Source of the DNA: Podarcis muralis
Lineage: Eukaryota
NCBI RefSeq assembly: GCF_964188315.1
Contig: NC_135666.1
Location: 37,448,001 to 37,512,000, forward strand
Direction: 5' to 3'
Length of the DNA: 64,000 bases
Below the pieces are notes generated by a model. It was not told the origin of the DNA, searched no databases, and saw only the letters and a program-made list of their open reading frames with translations. Within the stretch, counting starts at the first letter, position 1, and the number at the start of each line of letters is the position of its first letter. Position numbers and translations under genes: made by a program. Below are positions 59,756 to 64,000 of this stretch, one piece after another.

Positions 59756-62700
59756 AAAAAGGCAACTGGCTGTGTTTAGAAGCAGCCTCCACACCCAAGA
59801 GTAAAAGGAAACCAGGTGGAAGTGCTGCTGGTGGTGTGCGTCTGTGTGTGGAATAATCCTGCCAAGCGACAGGAAAACCTACAGCAACCATGTCCCACCC
59901 TTTCCTATGTGTGCCCTCTTACTATGCTTAATTTTAGGAAGATCCGTGTTTTGGCTGGATCTGATTATAGCGGGGGGCGGAGTGGGGAGAACAGAGCTAC
60001 CACAAGGCCACAGACAACTCACTATGAAATTGGTGTAAAAAGAAAACCCCGCGCACATATCATTCTAGGGGATGTCATGATCTCTTGGGGGTACCTTTTT
60101 TTTTTAAAGGGAGGGAGAAATCCTTTTTTAAATTGCTGTTTTACCACCCACCCACCCATGTAACCTCTTTTTTTTTAATACATCAGAAGCTCAAAGTTCT
60201 ACTGTACATGCTGGAGATCCGGGGATTTGAATGTCAAGATCGATTTGTTTATTTATTGCTGAACTTATCGTAACTGACTCAATAACAAATCTAATCATGT
60301 TGGGTCCTGGGAGGGGAAAAAAATCCTCATTATGTATTTTCTCTGCGTTCGATTTAACTGTACGAAGCTGCAAATATCAATAATATCTAGTAATTACTTT
60401 GTAGCGGAGTAAACTAATTTATTAACATTAATGTTTATATGCCTTTTACCTCGCTCTTTCTCTGGCTCCCTATTTTCTTTTCTCTCTCCCCCCCCTTCTT
60501 TTTCTTCTTTTTTTACAAGGGTTACCAATCACAAATCAAACGCTTTGGACATATCCCTTTAATGAACTCTTTATTTTGGATCGCTGGAATAACTTTTATG
60601 GGCCTTCAACGGTTGTGAGCTGAACTTGAAATTATTAATTAATCTCCCTCCTTGTCGCATTTGCCAAGAGAGTGGATGGAAATAAGAGATAAGCGTGTCA
60701 TCAAAGGGCTAGTTACAGATTGCTTGGGTCTGTGTGGGACTATAAAACTGTTTTATTTCTTTTCTTTTAGGGGGGGAGGTAAGGTGCAGAAATATGCAAC
60801 ACGGATGCTTGCCAAATTGGCCTTAACGACAGCCTTTTGATTTTATTTTCCCTCCGTCCCGAATAAAACAAGGTACCTGAGAATTGTATCTAGCTTACAT
60901 TTGTACCATATATACATATGGTAGAAAATACATAATGAAGATCCCCTGCCCCAGGACCCAAACCATATATATTTATGAAAAGATTGCTTGATTCCTTTCC
61001 CTTCCAACTGGACAAGAGTGGGTTTCTGAAGGCTCCCCCCTTTTCCTCCCCAGTGATAACAAAGGCGCCACCATTGCCCAGACTCGCTCCGCCTCTCCTG
61101 CCTTAGCAAACAACTTTCTTGCACTTGTATGGAGGGTGGGGGGCGGGTGGCTTTTACAGGCTCTCATTGAACCCGGCGCGTCTAGGAGAACCGAAAACAG
61201 TTCTAGACTGGCCTGGGGTTTTATGGCACTTTTGGCAGTCAACTTCAGCTTGTCTCTGAGCGGACATGCCAGATCCGACCGACTGAAAGCCAGGAGACAG
61301 ACAACCACCTACACGGATTTCCCCCCCTCCCCGCCTCGCTGGTTTCAATAAGTCTGCTGCAGCCTTAGGTGAAAAGGGGGCAGGTTTGGAAGCCCAAGGT
61401 TTGTTGTTCGGAAGGACTCCAGGTCCTCTGGGTGACCGAGAGCCTTGCATGTTCAAATCCTTTCAGACAAAGGGGAAATTAAGATGGGGCGGCGAGGAGG
61501 ATATAGGATGAAGGAAGCCTGTCCAGTTGTCTGCACCTTCAGCCATCTCCTGTCTGGCTTGGGATATTAGTGATGGGCTTTCGTTTTTCGGAAATGAATT
61601 AGATACTCGGAGATTTGGGGGCAGTTGCATTTTTGTGCAAAGGAAGAGGTGGCGGTGTGTGTGGTGGAGGAGGGGTGGGGGACACACACTACGCATTGAC
61701 TCCTGGCAACCGCTTACATTTGTGAAGCCATTAAAGTCTATTATGCAAAGGGACAAGACTTAAGGGTGCCGCTAGTCTCAGAATTAGTAGGCACCCAAGG
61801 CACACTTATCTCTGCTTTATTTGCTGCTAAGTGATAGGCCGCTAATGTGTGCCTCCAACTCCTCCAAATGGGCCCTCAGTTATGGTGAGCCTGCTGTTAA
61901 GGTGGCTATTTTGGGGGCTTAGTTGTTTGCTCTCCTTTTCAAAAAGCCCCCCCCCCCCTTGAATGCAATATCCGCGACTTCCTCTGCTGACATTCGGAGT
62001 AGGAGGAGGGAAAAGGAGCTGAGGATCATCCCCTGAGCCTGCGCCATCCCCACAATTCACCTTGTGCGAAAGCCACGTAGATACCACGGAGGTGTTTAGT
62101 TTGGGGTTAGAAACCGAGGGTCTCAATTTAAGGATTTAAGGATTCAGTGCACGTAAGTGGGGGAAATAGGAAAACACATGCCTCCACTAAACGAGGAAGA
62201 ACGGTTTCCATTCCGGAAGATTATAGGCTTTCTCTTCGTCGTTGTAACGAGCACAAGAAGGAAGATTCGAAATGCTCCCTTTGTTCTCTAAAGACCTCGC
62301 TTTATTATATGTTAAATGCCTCTTCGCTTTCTTACCTATAAATTGTCTAGTATGGTTATATGCCAGGCGCCCGACGCTCAGATGTATACGATATTATAGA
62401 GAACGGTTGCTTCTTTATGGGTATATATTTGGCAGATGTTTGTGAAAATTCGCTTATCACGTCTTTTTCTTAATGTATAATGTGTTTTGCCATTGGGCCC
62501 ATGCTGCAGAATTTTATTTTATTTTCAACTTCAGTTCAGATGTACGGCGGTACACGTCGCTGAACTTAAATGGGGTTTAGGTCTGCGGGATTTGTCATGT
62601 TACTGTGGGTATATGCCCTCTATTAGCTAGGTAGATTGCATATGGCACCTAAATGGACAATCAGGGGAGATGTTGGTGTGGGGTTGTCGATGCTGCAAGT

Positions 62701-64000
62701 GACTCCTGGCTTTTAATTTTCCATTACTTAAAACAAAAGCAGCTATGTAAACGAAGTTCCATTGCTGTAAAACCATTTATAAACTATGCTTGTAAATGTA
62801 TTCTGTCCCATTGGCCAATATTTTCCCTCTATTTGCTGTTCTTCTTAAATGCACACTTGCTGTTGTAGAAATGGCCCAGAAATACATAAATAAATTCACA
62901 GGGCATGAACCAGATAAAATTAAGCATTTTTATTCTCCCTTATTTCAATGGTGAGAGATTTTCTCCTGTTCTTTGCCACTCAACTCATTGGAGTTTAGAA
63001 TCACTTGTACACTGGATCATGTCCCTGGAAGCAATTATTAGGAATATTGAAAAGAAATATATGTTTAAAACAGTAGCTTCGGTTGTATTTCCCTAACAGT
63101 GAATGGATATTAACAAAATACAGATTGTGGAATAAGGTGCTGGTTTTTCTTGCAATTTGCCCTAGAGATACTGGTGTCAGTATTTACTTTAAAAATTAAA
63201 GCAAATAAATGCATTTGAAAATGTATTTCTGTTGCCTGATGAGATGGCGCTAACTGATTCCGACCCTATACATATTTGATTAGAAATAAAGTATGGGCCC
63301 GATCCTATCTAAAACTGGAAGTGTTTCTTTGACATCGGAAACCATGGCAAGGTTAAAGTTAAGGGTTTTTAGTTGCCATTAGTTTAAGCAAGAAAGATAG
63401 ACTTTCCTGATTAAGATTATTAGACACCCCAACCCGCCTGTTACTTTCCCTATCTTAACCTGCGTTTGCTTCCAAGCAAGCCCCATCGCTTTCCACGAAA
63501 TCTGCTTCCATGTAAGTACCCTTGGAGCTATGAACAGTGTTACATGTGCTTTCAAGATACGAATATACCGCTTACAGACGGCAGTCGTAGATGTGAATTT
63601 TCTGTGTGCCTTTCGTCCACCTCAGTGCAGCGTTCGTTTCATTATAGCACTCAGCAACAGCTTCTGTGATAGACAGGGCGACTGTACTGTACACTCCATA
63701 GCGTTGCGTAAACGTAAATAAAACTGAGGTATTACTTTAGATGTTGCCGTCGGTGTTTCTGTAACCGACTGGCCGGAGAAGGAGCCACATATTCATGCTC
63801 TTGTGTTTTGCGTGTGCATTCTGGCGTGTACATTTATTTGACCATTCTCCTTCCCCCACTAAATGAAAATATGGGCAGCGCACACAATTACAAGATTCAC
63901 AAGTCTTCTTTTGAGTCCCAATACATAAAGCGTCCAGATGCAAAGTTCTCGAGGTGTTTAGAGCAGCTAACTTGGTTTGAGAAGAAAAAGCAGGAGAGGG

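Overview
This is the central part of a vertebrate HoxA cluster, with all Hox genes on the minus strand. From high to low coordinates the order is HOXA11, HOXA10, mir-196 (positional orthologue of mammalian mir-196b), HOXA9, HOXA7, HOXA6, HOXA5. HOXA13 and HOXA4 lie outside the window, and there is no HoxA8, as expected for jawed vertebrates. All six genes are intact two-exon genes with GT-AG phase-1 introns: A5 314 aa, A6 235 aa, A7 231 aa, A9 261 aa, A10 414 aa, A11 332 aa. About ten short palindromic MITE-like repeats, many microsatellites and expanded amino-acid homopolymer tracts suggest a non-avian reptile, probably a squamate (inference). Four N-gaps are present; one covers the likely HOXA5 core promoter. 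The most notable non-coding observations are: (1) a chained stop-start uORF relay in the HOXA7 leader; (2) a tandemly duplicated 165-bp homeodomain-site-rich element between HOXA10 and HOXA11; (3) signals for a long minus-strand transcript that skips HOXA6 and HOXA5; (4) two plus-strand antisense promoters, 3' of HOXA5 and inside the HOXA11 intron; (5) the 173-nt HOXA9T exitron; (6) a polyA hexamer overlapping a miR-196 site cluster in the HOXA7 3'UTR; (7) a HOXA10 alternative first exon with ATT where the mammalian short isoform has ATG. Comparisons with mammalian sequences are from recalled knowledge and need confirming by alignment. I found no evidence for a wholly new gene system; the best candidates are regulatory.
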